NCBI GenBank assembly: GCA_964478715.1
Contig: CAYZIY010000011.1
Location: forward strand, 1,980 to 65,979
Direction: 5' to 3'
Length of the DNA: 64,000 bases
DNA from: an uncultured Planctomycetales bacterium
GTDB taxonomy: Bacteria > Omnitrophota > Gorgyraeia > Zapsychrales > JBDRMG01
Made by a program: the position numbers and the translations under genes. The notes beneath the pieces are model-generated. The model saw nothing but the letters and a program-made list of their open reading frames with translations, was not told the origin of the DNA and searched no databases. This document shows positions 39,261-49,923 of this stretch, piece by piece; the stretch's first letter is position 1; every line of letters begins with the position of its first letter.

Positions 39261-40398
39261 ATTCTTGGCCCTTGGCGATGCGAAGAAATAACTCTTCGTA
39301 CTTAGCTATCATTTTTTCTTTTGAATAATTCTCGACAGACTTCCTTCCTGTTTTACTGATTCGCTCTCTCATGGTGTGATCAGCTTTTATCTGCACAATC
39401 GCATTAGCCAAATCATTCGGTGAATTATCTTTTACAAGGAGCCCATTTTGATTATGTGTAATCAATTCATTGTTGCCGATAACATCAGTGGCAATAATGG
39501 GTGCTTGGGCTGCCATCGCTTCCAAAAGACTAAATGGCAGCCCCTCAAAATATGACGGCAGACAGAAACAGTCGATTGACTGCATCAGCTGGGGGATATC
39601 ATAACGCGGTCCCAGAAAGATCACTTGCTTCTTAAGATTTTTTTCATCGACTAATTTCATAATTTTATCTTCCAGGGGGCCGGATCCGCATAAGAGCAGC
39701 TGAATGTCTTTCTCTCCTTTTTCTTGTAAAATTCGTAAAGCGTGGATTAAACAGGCGTGGTTTTTCTGTTTTCGAAAATTAGCGAAAAGTCCCAGGGCAA
39801 AACTGTTTTCTTCAAGCCCCAGCTTTTCGCGGTATTCTTTGCGGTTAAAATCAGATAAGCAATACCGCTTAAGATCAATACCGTTAGAAATATAATGAAC
39901 TTTATTTGCGGGCACATTCAATTTTGTCCGGAAATAATCGCAAGCTGATGGAGATGCGCCCACAACAGCATCAACTCTTGTGAGAAATAGCTTCTCGATA
40001 AACAATGATTTAGGTGTTGTGTTAGGATCAAGGTCAAGACGCGTATGCTCGACATGTATCATGGGTAATTTTTCGCATAGCTTCAAAGGAGCAATGCCCT
40101 GGATCAAGGGGCTGGCGTGATGGGTGTTGACGAGATCGATGTCATGTTTAAGGGCGATTTCCCTTAAAGAAGAAAAAACAGAGAATTTCGATCGAATGCC
40201 GTCTTGATGGATCACGTAAAAAGGCAGATTCAGCTTACGGAATTCTTTTTCCAGTGAACCGGTAAAAAAGACGGTTAGAACGGGCTGGAATTTTGTTTTG
40301 TCCAGAGATGCGATCAGATCAAAAACGAGCTTTTCCGATCCGCCGGTGTCGAAGTTGGGAAGGATGAAAAGGATATTTATCGGCTTTCTTCTTTTCAT
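39244..40398 (-). CDS. glycosyltransferase family 4
   Basis: GGSEK, ISNGID, QKNH, EGLPFSLLEAMA. Confidence 0.92.
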   Translation of the reverse strand: MKRRKPINILFILPNFDTGGSEKLVFDLIASLDKTKFQPVLTVFFTGSLEKEFRKLNLPFYVIHQDGIRSKFSVFSSLREIALKHDIDLVNTHHASPLIQGIAPLKLCEKLPMIHVEHTRLDLDPNTTPKSLFIEKLFLTRVDAVVGASPSACDYFRTKLNVPANKVHYISNGIDLKRYCLSDFNRKEYREKLGLEENSFALGLFANFRKQKNHACLIHALRILQEKGEKDIQLLLCGSGPLEDKIMKLVDEKNLKKQVIFLGPRYDIPQLMQSIDCFCLPSYFEGLPFSLLEAMAAQAPIIATDVIGNNELITHNQNGLLVKDNSPNDLANAIVQIKADHTMRERISKTGRKSVENYSKEKMIAKYEELFLRIAKGQEYEERN

Positions 40399-41660
40399 TC
40401 ATTTCCTTCCATTTTTTCAGCTTCTTTTCTGAGAACATTCTTTAAAGCAACTAATATAGCGATGAAAATGTATTGATTCCAATAATAAGCAACCGAAAGA
40501 AACATGGATGAAATCATAAAAGTGACAAGCGATGCCGTTAAGCCATAAGCAAGGATGTGATATCTGTAATTCTTGAGCTTTTGGGCGTAATAAACAATGC
40601 GCTTAACACTCATAAACCCACTGATTAAGAAAAACAGATAAAGTATAAGTCCAAGAACGCCAAGCTCCACACCTATTTGAATATAGGCATTATGCGCGAC
40701 CATCCATTTGCCGATGACTCCCTCTTCCTGTTTTTGCGCGCCTTCGGCGAGGGAAAAATTCTTAATGCCAACTCCTAAGGGATTGCTTCTAAATGCCAAA
40801 AGACCGCGCTTCCAAATAGCAACACGACCAACTCGCTCATTGGTATAGCTGTACCCTTCAGAGTCAAATATCGACATAAAACGACTTTTATACTCACCCG
40901 GGAGTACTGTGAGTAGGATGAGAGCTGCGCAGAGCACGAACATAACAAGCTTAAATTTTCTTCGTCTATAGATGAGAGAAAAGAAGGCTATGATACCTGT
41001 CAAAACTCCTAAATAACCGCCTCGAGATCCCGTGTAAAGAACAGCATATCCAATGAATATTGTTGAGCTCAAAAACAGAAGTTTTTTAAACTTGGATCGA
41101 TTAACGTATGTTAGATAGAGGCCAATCGGGATGGCCATCGCAAGCACCAATGCAATGTCGTTAGGATTATTAGATGCGAGAGTTGAAACACCAACAACGC
41201 GGGGTGTTCCATCATGAGCAATGATTACATTCCCAACCCAGAAAGAGACAACGACACGCAAAGCGACAAAACTACAGCACCAAAAGATTGTGTTGATTAG
41301 AAGACTAATCTTACGCTCATTGTTGGCTGCTATCGTTATTAATAAGAATGTAATGAATACTTTCAGGAAAGAATTGCTCCAGTATTGAAATGAGTTATAT
41401 TGCCAGTAGGCAAACGGAATAAGTGCAACAGCAAGTAATTGCAGTGATAGAAATAATCTAAAGCTCGGTTCTTTAATAATAAAGCTTTTACGGCTTCGCT
41501 CGAAGAAGCAAAATATCAAAGAAATGATAATCAGGATTCTTGCTAAATTAATCTTTGTTTGGATAATAAAAAGCAATGGAAGGAATTCATAGGGTCGTAC
41601 ATAAACAAATATTAAAAAAGTGGCAAGAAAGAGAATTGCGGCTGTCAGGCGTTTTTTCAT
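40395..41660 (-). CDS. O-antigen ligase/Wzy-family polymerase
   Basis: Multiple TMs; NPND.A, TGSRGG, R..IW, PLGVG, AHNAYIQIGVELG. Confidence 0.85.
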   Translation of the reverse strand: MKKRLTAAILFLATFLIFVYVRPYEFLPLLFIIQTKINLARILIIISLIFCFFERSRKSFIIKEPSFRLFLSLQLLAVALIPFAYWQYNSFQYWSNSFLKVFITFLLITIAANNERKISLLINTIFWCCSFVALRVVVSFWVGNVIIAHDGTPRVVGVSTLASNNPNDIALVLAMAIPIGLYLTYVNRSKFKKLLFLSSTIFIGYAVLYTGSRGGYLGVLTGIIAFFSLIYRRRKFKLVMFVLCAALILLTVLPGEYKSRFMSIFDSEGYSYTNERVGRVAIWKRGLLAFRSNPLGVGIKNFSLAEGAQKQEEGVIGKWMVAHNAYIQIGVELGVLGLILYLFFLISGFMSVKRIVYYAQKLKNYRYHILAYGLTASLVTFMISSMFLSVAYYWNQYIFIAILVALKNVLRKEAEKMEGNE

Positions 41661-42787
41661 TTTGCGTGCTCCTCAATCATAGATTGAAAATAAGATAAAT
41701 AGCATTCTGGAGAATAGCGTTTTTTGATTTCCTGAAGAGCGCGCTTTCCCATTTCGCCTCTCAAATGATGATCTTTAAGAAGATGTTTAATCTTCATTGA
41801 GAGATCTTCTATATTTTCTGATTCAAAGAGGAATCCGTTAATTCCATTTTGAATAAAAAATGGAATACCCCCCACGTTTGATCCGATAATGGCTTTTCCG
41901 CAAGCCATGGCTTCAAGCATCACTCGCCCCATTGCTTCAGACCGAGATGGAAGGACAAAAAGCGTGCAGTTTTGGAAGTATTCTATAGCTTCGTTATAGA
42001 AAACGGGCTTAAGGATTTCAACGCGAGGATTTCCTTGAGACATTTTAAGATAATGTTGTCTCTCGGATTCTCGACCGTGACAATGGCCGATGATTTTTAA
42101 AGTGATGTCTTTAAACTCACCAGAGATCTTGATAAAGGCTTTTATGAGAATATCAACTCCCTTGCGATGAAATGGATGCCCCATGAAAAGAATATAGTTA
42201 TCATTTCTGGCTTTTGCAACATCGAAGACGTGCGTTGGGACAAAATTGAAAAATACATGAGTCTTCTTGTTTTTAAGATACGGATTCCAGTCAAGGATTT
42301 GATCTTTATTAAGGAATTTAACGTGATCCGCTTGAAAAAGCGATATCTTTGTCAGGATAATAAACAGCATTCTTTTTACTTCGGCTTTAAGGCCGGTACT
42401 TTTTAAGAATGCGTCTTTCTTGAGATGGCCGTTGATTTCAATGACTAACTTGGCTTTCGTAAGGTATTTCAGGACAGAAGCGCAAAAGCCATAAAGCAAA
42501 GGATCGTAACTCACAATAATATCCAATGGCTTGCTTTTGTGAATACGAATACCGGTTTTTATAATTTCGATTACGTAATGAATATGGCGCTTCAATTTGT
42601 TTTGGATATTTGGCAGGGCGTGATAAATGAAATCGCCAAAATGAAGACCATCATATTTTCTGTCTGATGGAGAAATGACATGTCCATAACTCAATCGAGA
42701 GAGAAACACAAACTTATCTTTAAAATTGGGCAAAGTCGGATTGAAATAGAGTGGTTGAATAAATAATATGTGTGGTTTTTTACTCAT
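41657..42787 (-). CDS. glycosyltransferase family 4
   Basis: RKGVDILIKAF, LPSRSEAMGRVMLEAMACG. Confidence 0.9.
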   Translation of the reverse strand: MSKKPHILFIQPLYFNPTLPNFKDKFVFLSRLSYGHVISPSDRKYDGLHFGDFIYHALPNIQNKLKRHIHYVIEIIKTGIRIHKSKPLDIIVSYDPLLYGFCASVLKYLTKAKLVIEINGHLKKDAFLKSTGLKAEVKRMLFIILTKISLFQADHVKFLNKDQILDWNPYLKNKKTHVFFNFVPTHVFDVAKARNDNYILFMGHPFHRKGVDILIKAFIKISGEFKDITLKIIGHCHGRESERQHYLKMSQGNPRVEILKPVFYNEAIEYFQNCTLFVLPSRSEAMGRVMLEAMACGKAIIGSNVGGIPFFIQNGINGFLFESENIEDLSMKIKHLLKDHHLRGEMGKRALQEIKKRYSPECYLSYFQSMIEEHAK

Positions 42788-44334
42788 AATTTAATTTCCA
42801 TTGCTATGATGGAGTGGGCCGGCACAGTATAAGTTTGGGATTGAGATACTGTTATCGGATTCAAGGGCCTTATCTTGACAAGTCCTGGATGACCATCGTT
42901 CTGCGACATGAGATTCGGCCCACTTAGAATCCATTGATGAGCTGTGTATTGTCCTTTACCGATGCGATCAAAATTCAGAACTACTTCAATATCATCTGTG
43001 GCATGTTTATTGATTAGAATAATTCCAAGCTTGTTTTCTTTTTCGAATTTGCTCGCATAGGCAGAAATATAAGGAACCTCGCCTGCATAGGATGAGGCCC
43101 AGTAGTCCCTTTCTTTCATATAGACTGGCGAATTCACAACAGTGCTTTTAATAGAGATATCTCCGAAGTGGTCTTTAAATAGCTTAATTGCGTAAGCTTT
43201 GGGTCGTATTGTTTTTTGATCCCACTTCACTCCCCCGCCTCCTTCAGCGGGATGCCATCCTCTGATTAGTCCGTAAGGGCACTCTTGAAAGCGATAATGA
43301 GTTGCAACGCTTATACCATTCTGAGCGAATTGTCCGAGCGTATCAGCATAAAAAATTGCATTCGCAAGCGACCATTGAACAATTCCTTTTGCATAATCTG
43401 GTCCGGAGTTAGCTGTTGGCGCATCCCAGGCGCCATCCCATTCAAGAAATCCAATTTCAATCATGCCTTTTCGATGAGGAGCTTCTTCAGCGATAATGCT
43501 GTGGACTCTTTCAACAATGGTTGGAATTTCGAGTGAATTCGCCATTACTTCTTGGGGTGTTGGATGGGAGCGGCCCCGATAGGTATTGCCGGGATTCGTA
43601 TGATTGGGATACCAATGGATGGAAACAAAGTCTATGGCATCAGCCGCTCCTCTTATAATAGTGCGGTCCCAATCAACTTCATCGAAATATCGCTCGCCCC
43701 AATTAGCTCCAATCTTGATGTTGGGATCTATGGTTTTCATAGCAGCAGAATAGTTCTTAAGCGTTTGAACATATTCCAATGGGCTCTGATATCCCATATC
43801 CCAATCGCCGAATGCTTCATTTCCGATTTCCCAGTATGTTACCGGAGTATCGCTTTGCTTATTCATATAGTGAACTAATCCGGCCGCTTCTTTAGGCGTT
43901 CCGGTTTCGATATTGATTTGCATAATGATATCCATGCCTGTTTTTTTAGAAAAACCACTAACGGCTTGCACTCTTCCCATGGGCATATTGACAACTTTTT
44001 CATTATAGTCTGCATAACCACCTCTCCAATGCCATCCTGGAGAATCTCCACCAGGATAGCGGAAACATGTCAAGCCAATATAGTCAATAAAACGCCAGAT
44101 AGGAGGATCGCTTTCCATTTTGGGAGCAATATTAGTTCCGTAAATCAAGCGGTTGATAGGATGCAGCTCATTGCTGGGATCAATCTTGATTACAATAACA
44201 CCCTTATGGCGATCGTTCTTTTTTTTCTGACGGAAGATGCTGATTATTCCAAAGGTATGGATTATATAAAATCCTACGCTAAGACTCAGTATGATGGTTA
44301 TGAACAGGATATTTTTTTTAGATATCATTTTCAT
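42784..44334 (-). CDS. clan GH-A glycoside hydrolase (GH44/51/79-like), N-terminally anchored
   Basis: INRLIYGTN, FRYPGG, YWEIGNE (acid/base), DFVSIHWY, FLEW (nucleophile), C-terminal beta-sandwich. Confidence 0.8.
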   Translation of the reverse strand: MKMISKKNILFITIILSLSVGFYIIHTFGIISIFRQKKKNDRHKGVIVIKIDPSNELHPINRLIYGTNIAPKMESDPPIWRFIDYIGLTCFRYPGGDSPGWHWRGGYADYNEKVVNMPMGRVQAVSGFSKKTGMDIIMQINIETGTPKEAAGLVHYMNKQSDTPVTYWEIGNEAFGDWDMGYQSPLEYVQTLKNYSAAMKTIDPNIKIGANWGERYFDEVDWDRTIIRGAADAIDFVSIHWYPNHTNPGNTYRGRSHPTPQEVMANSLEIPTIVERVHSIIAEEAPHRKGMIEIGFLEWDGAWDAPTANSGPDYAKGIVQWSLANAIFYADTLGQFAQNGISVATHYRFQECPYGLIRGWHPAEGGGGVKWDQKTIRPKAYAIKLFKDHFGDISIKSTVVNSPVYMKERDYWASSYAGEVPYISAYASKFEKENKLGIILINKHATDDIEVVLNFDRIGKGQYTAHQWILSGPNLMSQNDGHPGLVKIRPLNPITVSQSQTYTVPAHSIIAMEIKL

Positions 44335-45868
44335 TGATTTGACTATTGTTTTTTGATTTTTGTATATTTAGTTTAACAAAACCTAAAAGATATCGACGTT
44401 CGTCCTTGTGGAAACCGATAAGATATATAACACAAGCATAAAATCCAAGATGTGCGCTTCCGATAAGAGCAAGGCGCACAAAATCCGGCAATGCATAATG
44501 TTGCATAAATATATAAATAGGGATAATGGACACAAAGGCAATACCGATGCATGTGGTCAGGGTATTGATGTAATATTTCCATCGGCTGATATTAAGCACA
44601 TGACAGACATATATGGGCTGGATGCAAAAGCGTAAGACAAACATAGGGATCGCTGTTCCGATGGCTACACCGACAATTCCGTAGTTTTTCACCAGTAGAA
44701 TACTCAGGATAAGATTGCATATTCCTTCAAGCGCTCCTGACCAGGCCAGAAATTTATGGCGCGAAATATTGTAAAGGACTGATGTAGAAGGTTGCTGCAT
44801 CAGCATAATGACTGTCGGAGGAATCAAGATAACAAGCACCGTATAAGCATCAACATAATCAGCGCCCATCCATCGCACGATAAAATGTTTGCCATAAAGC
44901 AAGACCATCGCACCGATAAAACAAGTCATATAGATAGAAATTTTGGTTGTCAGCAATAGCTTACGTCGAATCTCTTCATAGTTCCCTCTTCCTTCATCTT
45001 GGCTAAAAACAGGACCGATCAATCCTAGAGATCGGAAAAGGAATGTTGAGAAATAAGTTACGAGCGTTGCCGCAATGGAATAATGGGCAACAGCGGAAAG
45101 TCCTACGAAAGAAGCGATAACAACAGAATCTACTCGATGCACCAGGATGTGTGCCAATCGACCGATAAAGGAATAGATGCCATAGGAGAAAATTTCTCTT
45201 ATTCTACGGCGGTCAAACAAGGTTGTATTCAATCGCAATCTTTTTTCTACCGAGAAGGCAAAATAAATCCATAAGACATAGGTCAGGAGAGATACGCAAA
45301 ACACAATGAAACCTAGCGTTACGATTCGGTATCCTAAATTGAAGAAAATAACAATGAGGATGTTTCTTAGCAAGAGCTCTGTTAACCTAATTCCTGCTGT
45401 AACTTCATAACGTAGATGGGCGTGGATGACGCCGCCAAACGAACGCGTAGGAAAACCGATCGACAAATTTAAACCGGCCATTAAAATTAAAATTCTAACA
45501 ATACGCAACTCATCAGGAGACTGGACAAAAAAGCGGCTACAGATAACCAAAAGAATGGTTAGCAGAAATACCACAACGCCAATGATTAGGTAAAGGATAA
45601 AGGATGTACTGATGACCGTATTAACTTCATCCACATCATCTCTTCCAATGGCCCGGGATACAAATCTGCCCACTGCTGAAGAGATGCCAAGATCCAGGTA
45701 GTTCATATACCCCATAAATGCGCCAATGAAGACCCACAGCCCGTACATTTTGTCGCCTAATGTATGCAAGATAAACGGCATCATAAAGAATGCAATGACG
45801 ATGCTTGCTATTGTATTGAATAGGCGAAAGAAAAATCCAGATATTATTCGCTTGCCGCGGCTAGCCAT
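44318..45868 (-). CDS. wzx: polysaccharide flippase
   Basis: About 14 TMs; LG..MYGLW, DLGISSA..RF, YGIVGVAIGT. Confidence 0.9.
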   Translation of the reverse strand: MASRGKRIISGFFFRLFNTIASIVIAFFMMPFILHTLGDKMYGLWVFIGAFMGYMNYLDLGISSAVGRFVSRAIGRDDVDEVNTVISTSFILYLIIGVVVFLLTILLVICSRFFVQSPDELRIVRILILMAGLNLSIGFPTRSFGGVIHAHLRYEVTAGIRLTELLLRNILIVIFFNLGYRIVTLGFIVFCVSLLTYVLWIYFAFSVEKRLRLNTTLFDRRRIREIFSYGIYSFIGRLAHILVHRVDSVVIASFVGLSAVAHYSIAATLVTYFSTFLFRSLGLIGPVFSQDEGRGNYEEIRRKLLLTTKISIYMTCFIGAMVLLYGKHFIVRWMGADYVDAYTVLVILIPPTVIMLMQQPSTSVLYNISRHKFLAWSGALEGICNLILSILLVKNYGIVGVAIGTAIPMFVLRFCIQPIYVCHVLNISRWKYYINTLTTCIGIAFVSIIPIYIFMQHYALPDFVRLALIGSAHLGFYACVIYLIGFHKDERRYLLGFVKLNIQKSKNNSQINENDI

Positions 45869-46901
45869 GATTCATTCCAGTCTGTTTTATGAACGTTGCA
45901 AGGATTTCTTTGATTTGCGACACATGTGTATCGAGATTATACTTTGACCAGGACTCTTCAAAGGCCCGTTGCCCAATATCTTTTCGTGCTTGGGGATCAA
46001 GGATCAATCGATCCAGACATTCGCCGAATGCGCGTGGTGTATCAGCGAAAAGTCCGGTTGCTCCATCTCGCATAACCAGCTTGTCTGATTCTGTCGGGCG
46101 GCATACGACTGGTAATCCTGCGGCCATGAAGGAGAGTATTTTATTAGAATCTTTGTGATACTGATCATTGCAGTTGTTCCACCAGCGAAAGGCAATATCG
46201 CCTTGCAGTAAATCTCTTTCCCAAGTCTCTCTCGTCCAATGAACGTAGTTTATGAAATCGCTTTTGTTTTTATAAGAGTCAGTTAAATAAATAACGCGTG
46301 AATCGTATTTATCGCAAATTTTTTTTAATATTGGTTCAATTTGGCTATTTTGCTTGATGTTTAATCCAATTCCTGTCCATATCATGGTTAAATTACGGGT
46401 TTTTTCACTATGCTGTTTCGGATGATTCTGATGCCAGTCATTATAAATCTGCCGATGAATGACCAAAGGTTTCATCCCTGCTTCTTGGACTATTTGTTTA
46501 GCCGCTGGCGATGCGATCAGGCAACCGTTAAAACAGCCGAATCTTTTTCGTTCAGACCCTTCAAGATGATAATAATAAATTTTTTTCATAATTTTTTTTA
46601 TCGAATTACGTTCATAGACACTCGGAAATAAAAACATATCTTGATAATCTAAAATTAGTATTTTTCCGGCATCTTTCAGTTTTTTCAATATGTCAAATGG
46701 AGGACAAATTTTAATAAAAATAAGAATGTCAAAATCAAGGAGTACTTTTAGTGAAAATGGTTCAGCAAAAAAATCGCATTGAAAACGACTGTCCTCTTCC
46801 AGTTTACGAGCCACTTTAATACCAGATTGATAAAACGAGTTGGCTGTCGTTTCTGGACCGAAACCCACTTTGAATTTTTTACACATATCGTTCGATGACA
46901 T
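45861..46901 (-). CDS. glycosyltransferase (GT-B fold)
   Basis: KDSNKILSFMAAGLPVV, DGATGLFA. Confidence 0.75.
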   Translation of the reverse strand: MSSNDMCKKFKVGFGPETTANSFYQSGIKVARKLEEDSRFQCDFFAEPFSLKVLLDFDILIFIKICPPFDILKKLKDAGKILILDYQDMFLFPSVYERNSIKKIMKKIYYYHLEGSERKRFGCFNGCLIASPAAKQIVQEAGMKPLVIHRQIYNDWHQNHPKQHSEKTRNLTMIWTGIGLNIKQNSQIEPILKKICDKYDSRVIYLTDSYKNKSDFINYVHWTRETWERDLLQGDIAFRWWNNCNDQYHKDSNKILSFMAAGLPVVCRPTESDKLVMRDGATGLFADTPRAFGECLDRLILDPQARKDIGQRAFEESWSKYNLDTHVSQIKEILATFIKQTGMNHG

Positions 46902-48000
46902 TTTTTATATTTGTGGCCACTGCATTTGGATGATACTTATTGTGGATATGACTTCTTGATGCTTTGCCCATCATTTCTAAAATTGGTCGATTCTTTAACA
47001 GATAGATAAGTCTATTTTGAAATCCTTCAATATCATCAGGATTGATCAGATATCCTGTTTGGCCATCGTCTATGATTTCAGGAATGGCGCAGATGTTGCT
47101 CGCCACAGAGGGTATTTCAAAATTTGCTGCCTCCATAATAACACTTGGAAACGGATCATATTTTGCCGGATGAATGAGGATGTTTGATCCTTTGTAGATC
47201 TCAATAAGCTCTTGTTTTTCAATAGATCCTTTAATCTCCAGCCAAGAAAGATCTGTTGCAAAGTTATGCGGAACATTGCCGACAATGATTAGTCTGGCTT
47301 CAGGAATTTCACTGACGATTTTTTCGAAAATCGGAATTAATTTATATCCGCCTTTTCGTTTGAAATCTGTGGACACAAAGAGCACATCCTTCTTTCGTCT
47401 CGTCCAATCAACTTGATGATCCTCAGTGATCTTGCAGGCTGACCCGATGACATGCATTTTGTCTTTGGCTATTGCGTATTCATTCTGGCATGTCTCGGCT
47501 GCCCAATGGCTGTAAAAGAGGCAGCCGTCTGCTTTTTCAAACAAATTCTTTTCAAGGGCATACCATTGTTGGCGGAATTGTCCGAAGTCATCCGGCATCC
47601 AGTCGGGCCACATCTTTTCGGCATTTATAACTGTCGAATCACTGTAAGAGAAATACGGAACATTTTTCGGATTATCGACAGGACCAAAGAGGGAACCTAT
47701 TTGCAGCAGGGCATCGTATGGCTGGGTGTATTGTGCCAGCATTTTACTATATCGTTCAGTGGTCCTTATAAATGAAGAAGGATGCTTGCGGGCATGTTCC
47801 TCAAAAGCCGATTTCTTGTATTTCCATTTCTCGATATTCCAGTGAAAACTTTTTACGTAGGGCCACAGGCGTGAGAGTTTTGTTTGGGGCAGAATAAGAA
47901 AGTCAATATCAAAGAATTTCGATAAAGCACGATAAAGAACCGATTTGCTAGCACCGCTTTTTGCATTGTTCCATAGATCTAGAATAACGATTCGTGGCAT
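46879..48000 (-). CDS. glycosyltransferase family 4
   Basis: DFKRKGG, DPFPSVIMEA, PEIIDDGQTG. Confidence 0.88.
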   Translation of the reverse strand: MPRIVILDLWNNAKSGASKSVLYRALSKFFDIDFLILPQTKLSRLWPYVKSFHWNIEKWKYKKSAFEEHARKHPSSFIRTTERYSKMLAQYTQPYDALLQIGSLFGPVDNPKNVPYFSYSDSTVINAEKMWPDWMPDDFGQFRQQWYALEKNLFEKADGCLFYSHWAAETCQNEYAIAKDKMHVIGSACKITEDHQVDWTRRKKDVLFVSTDFKRKGGYKLIPIFEKIVSEIPEARLIIVGNVPHNFATDLSWLEIKGSIEKQELIEIYKGSNILIHPAKYDPFPSVIMEAANFEIPSVASNICAIPEIIDDGQTGYLINPDDIEGFQNRLIYLLKNRPILEMMGKASRSHIHNKYHPNAVATNIKNVIERYV

Positions 48001-48004
48001 GAGT

Positions 48005-48967
48005 TTATTGTTTTTGCACTCTCATTTGCTTCCATAGCAAATCGAAATGGCATAAATAGTTGATTAAAAGGAATTTCCAAATTTGTCTATTTAATGGTTT
48101 TAGTAAGATGGCTTTGAACAAAAAACTGAGAGAATTACGATAATCCGAGCAATAATAGAGTCGGATGGCCCAGTGGAAATAATGCGACGCCTTTTCGTGT
48201 CGCTGTGGTAACGTTTTGAACTCACTGGCATGATGATCAATTTGTATTCTGTGAATACGGCTTAACTTTCTTTCTATTGCTAATTGTTTGATTAATTCAA
48301 GGATTCTTTTTTGTTTCATCTCTTTAAAAGAAATAGATGATGGATTCACACGACGCATTGAAAGACATTCACTTAAGTTGGCAACAGGAAACCGTTCAGA
48401 AATTCTTAGGCACAACTCGTAATCTTCTGCAAATTTCAGCTCTTCTCGATAAAACAATTGATCCGCGATCTGTTTTTTTCTAAGCATTAGAGAGCTGTGA
48501 TTGAAACGGTTGCATTGAAAAAGTTCGGTCTTGATTGTCTTTTCATCCGTTTCGGTTTTGTATTCTTCAATGAGTTTGCCACGGTCATTGATTCTCCACC
48601 CTCCGGTTCCCAGAAGGGCGATATCGGGATTCTGATCTAAGAATTCAACCTGTTTTTGCAATCGCTGCGGCAAAGAGATATCATCTGAGTCCAGGATGGC
48701 GATATACTCCCCTCGGGATGCCTTAATGCCTACATTTCTAGCCTTCGAAGGACCTGCATTGTCTTGATAAATGTACTGCATCTTCTGCGGATGTTGAGCG
48801 CAGTATTTGTTAACGATATGTCCGGTATTGTCCGTTGAGCCATCGTCCACAATAATAAGTTCAAGGTCTTGATATGTTTGATTCACAATACTGTCAATGG
48901 CTTGCCGGATATACTTACCTGCATTGAAGGTGCTCATGATGACGCTGACTTTTGGATTAGTGCTCAT
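48005..48967 (-). CDS. glycosyltransferase family 2
   Basis: VSVIMSTFN, VDDGSTD, LDSDD, HSSLMLR, AEDYEL. Confidence 0.93.
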   Translation of the reverse strand: MSTNPKVSVIMSTFNAGKYIRQAIDSIVNQTYQDLELIIVDDGSTDNTGHIVNKYCAQHPQKMQYIYQDNAGPSKARNVGIKASRGEYIAILDSDDISLPQRLQKQVEFLDQNPDIALLGTGGWRINDRGKLIEEYKTETDEKTIKTELFQCNRFNHSSLMLRKKQIADQLFYREELKFAEDYELCLRISERFPVANLSECLSMRRVNPSSISFKEMKQKRILELIKQLAIERKLSRIHRIQIDHHASEFKTLPQRHEKASHYFHWAIRLYYCSDYRNSLSFLFKAILLKPLNRQIWKFLLINYLCHFDLLWKQMRVQKQ

Positions 48968-49923
48968 TTTTAATTAACAGGTTTAAACATTAAACGTGGA
49001 TTCATAAGATATTTAACAAATAGAAATCTCCATATACTTATATTAATGGGCTTGTGAAGGATTGAAAGCAATGTCAATTTCAAAGAGTTCCGGTAATCGC
49101 CGTAATCATAGAGACGTTGTGCCCAATGAAAATAACTTGAAGCCTTGGCAAAGCACTTGGCGAGAAACAAAAAACGAGAAAGATCATAATCGATCTGAAT
49201 CGTTTCAATATGATTAAGTCTATTCTCTCGTGCTAATTTCTGAAGTGTTTTTACAGATTGATCTTGGGCCACTTTTCTTTTAATAGAAATTGAACTCAAA
49301 CTTAATCGCCACTTACAGAGAAGATCAGCAAGATTAGCGAAATTATAATGCGCGGATAATCGCAAGTAGAGCTCATAATCTTGAGAATATGCCAATTCTT
49401 CACGGTAGAAACCGTATTTTTCCATACAAATTTTTCTGAACATGACAGAGCTATGGATAAATTGATTTCTTCTAATCAGTTGCTTTTTAATCATCTGACT
49501 ATCTGTGAGAATTTTGAACGTAGTTAAGATCTGATTTTGTTCATTGATAATCCACCCTCCTGTTCCCAGAAGAGCGATATCAGGATTTTGATCTAAGAAT
49601 TCAACCTGTTTTTGCAATCGCTGCGGCAAAGAGATATCATCCGAGTCCAGGATGGCGATATACTCTCCTCGTGATGCCTTAATGCCTACATTCCTGGCCT
49701 TCGAAGAGCCTGCATTGTCTTGATAAATGTACTGTATCTTCTGCGGATGTTGAGCGCAGTATTTGTTAACGATATGCCTTGTATTGTCCGTTGAGCCATC
49801 GTCCACAATAATAAGCTCAAAGTCTTGATATGTTTGATTCACAATACTGTCAATGGCTTGCCGGATATACTTACCTGTATTGAAGGTGCTCATGATGACG
49901 CTGACTTTTGGGTTAGTGCTCAC
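48596..49923 (-). repeat. near-identical ~372-nt direct repeat formed by the 5' halves of two tandem GT2 genes (48596-48967 and 49552-49923)
   Basis: The first 124 aa differ at only 5 positions; the C-terminal halves are clearly divergent. Confidence 0.9.
48970..49923 (-). CDS. glycosyltransferase family 2
   Basis: Same GT2 motifs as its neighbour; SQDYEL. Confidence 0.93.
   Translation of the reverse strand: MSTNPKVSVIMSTFNTGKYIRQAIDSIVNQTYQDFELIIVDDGSTDNTRHIVNKYCAQHPQKIQYIYQDNAGSSKARNVGIKASRGEYIAILDSDDISLPQRLQKQVEFLDQNPDIALLGTGGWIINEQNQILTTFKILTDSQMIKKQLIRRNQFIHSSVMFRKICMEKYGFYREELAYSQDYELYLRLSAHYNFANLADLLCKWRLSLSSISIKRKVAQDQSVKTLQKLARENRLNHIETIQIDYDLSRFLFLAKCFAKASSYFHWAQRLYDYGDYRNSLKLTLLSILHKPINISIWRFLFVKYLMNPRLMFKPVN

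Noticed and set aside
48596-49923. GT2 near-identical repeat considered as a DGR template/variable repeat pair
   Set aside because: No reverse transcriptase is present, the differences are not confined to adenines (e.g. TTT/CTT), and both copies are 5' coding regions
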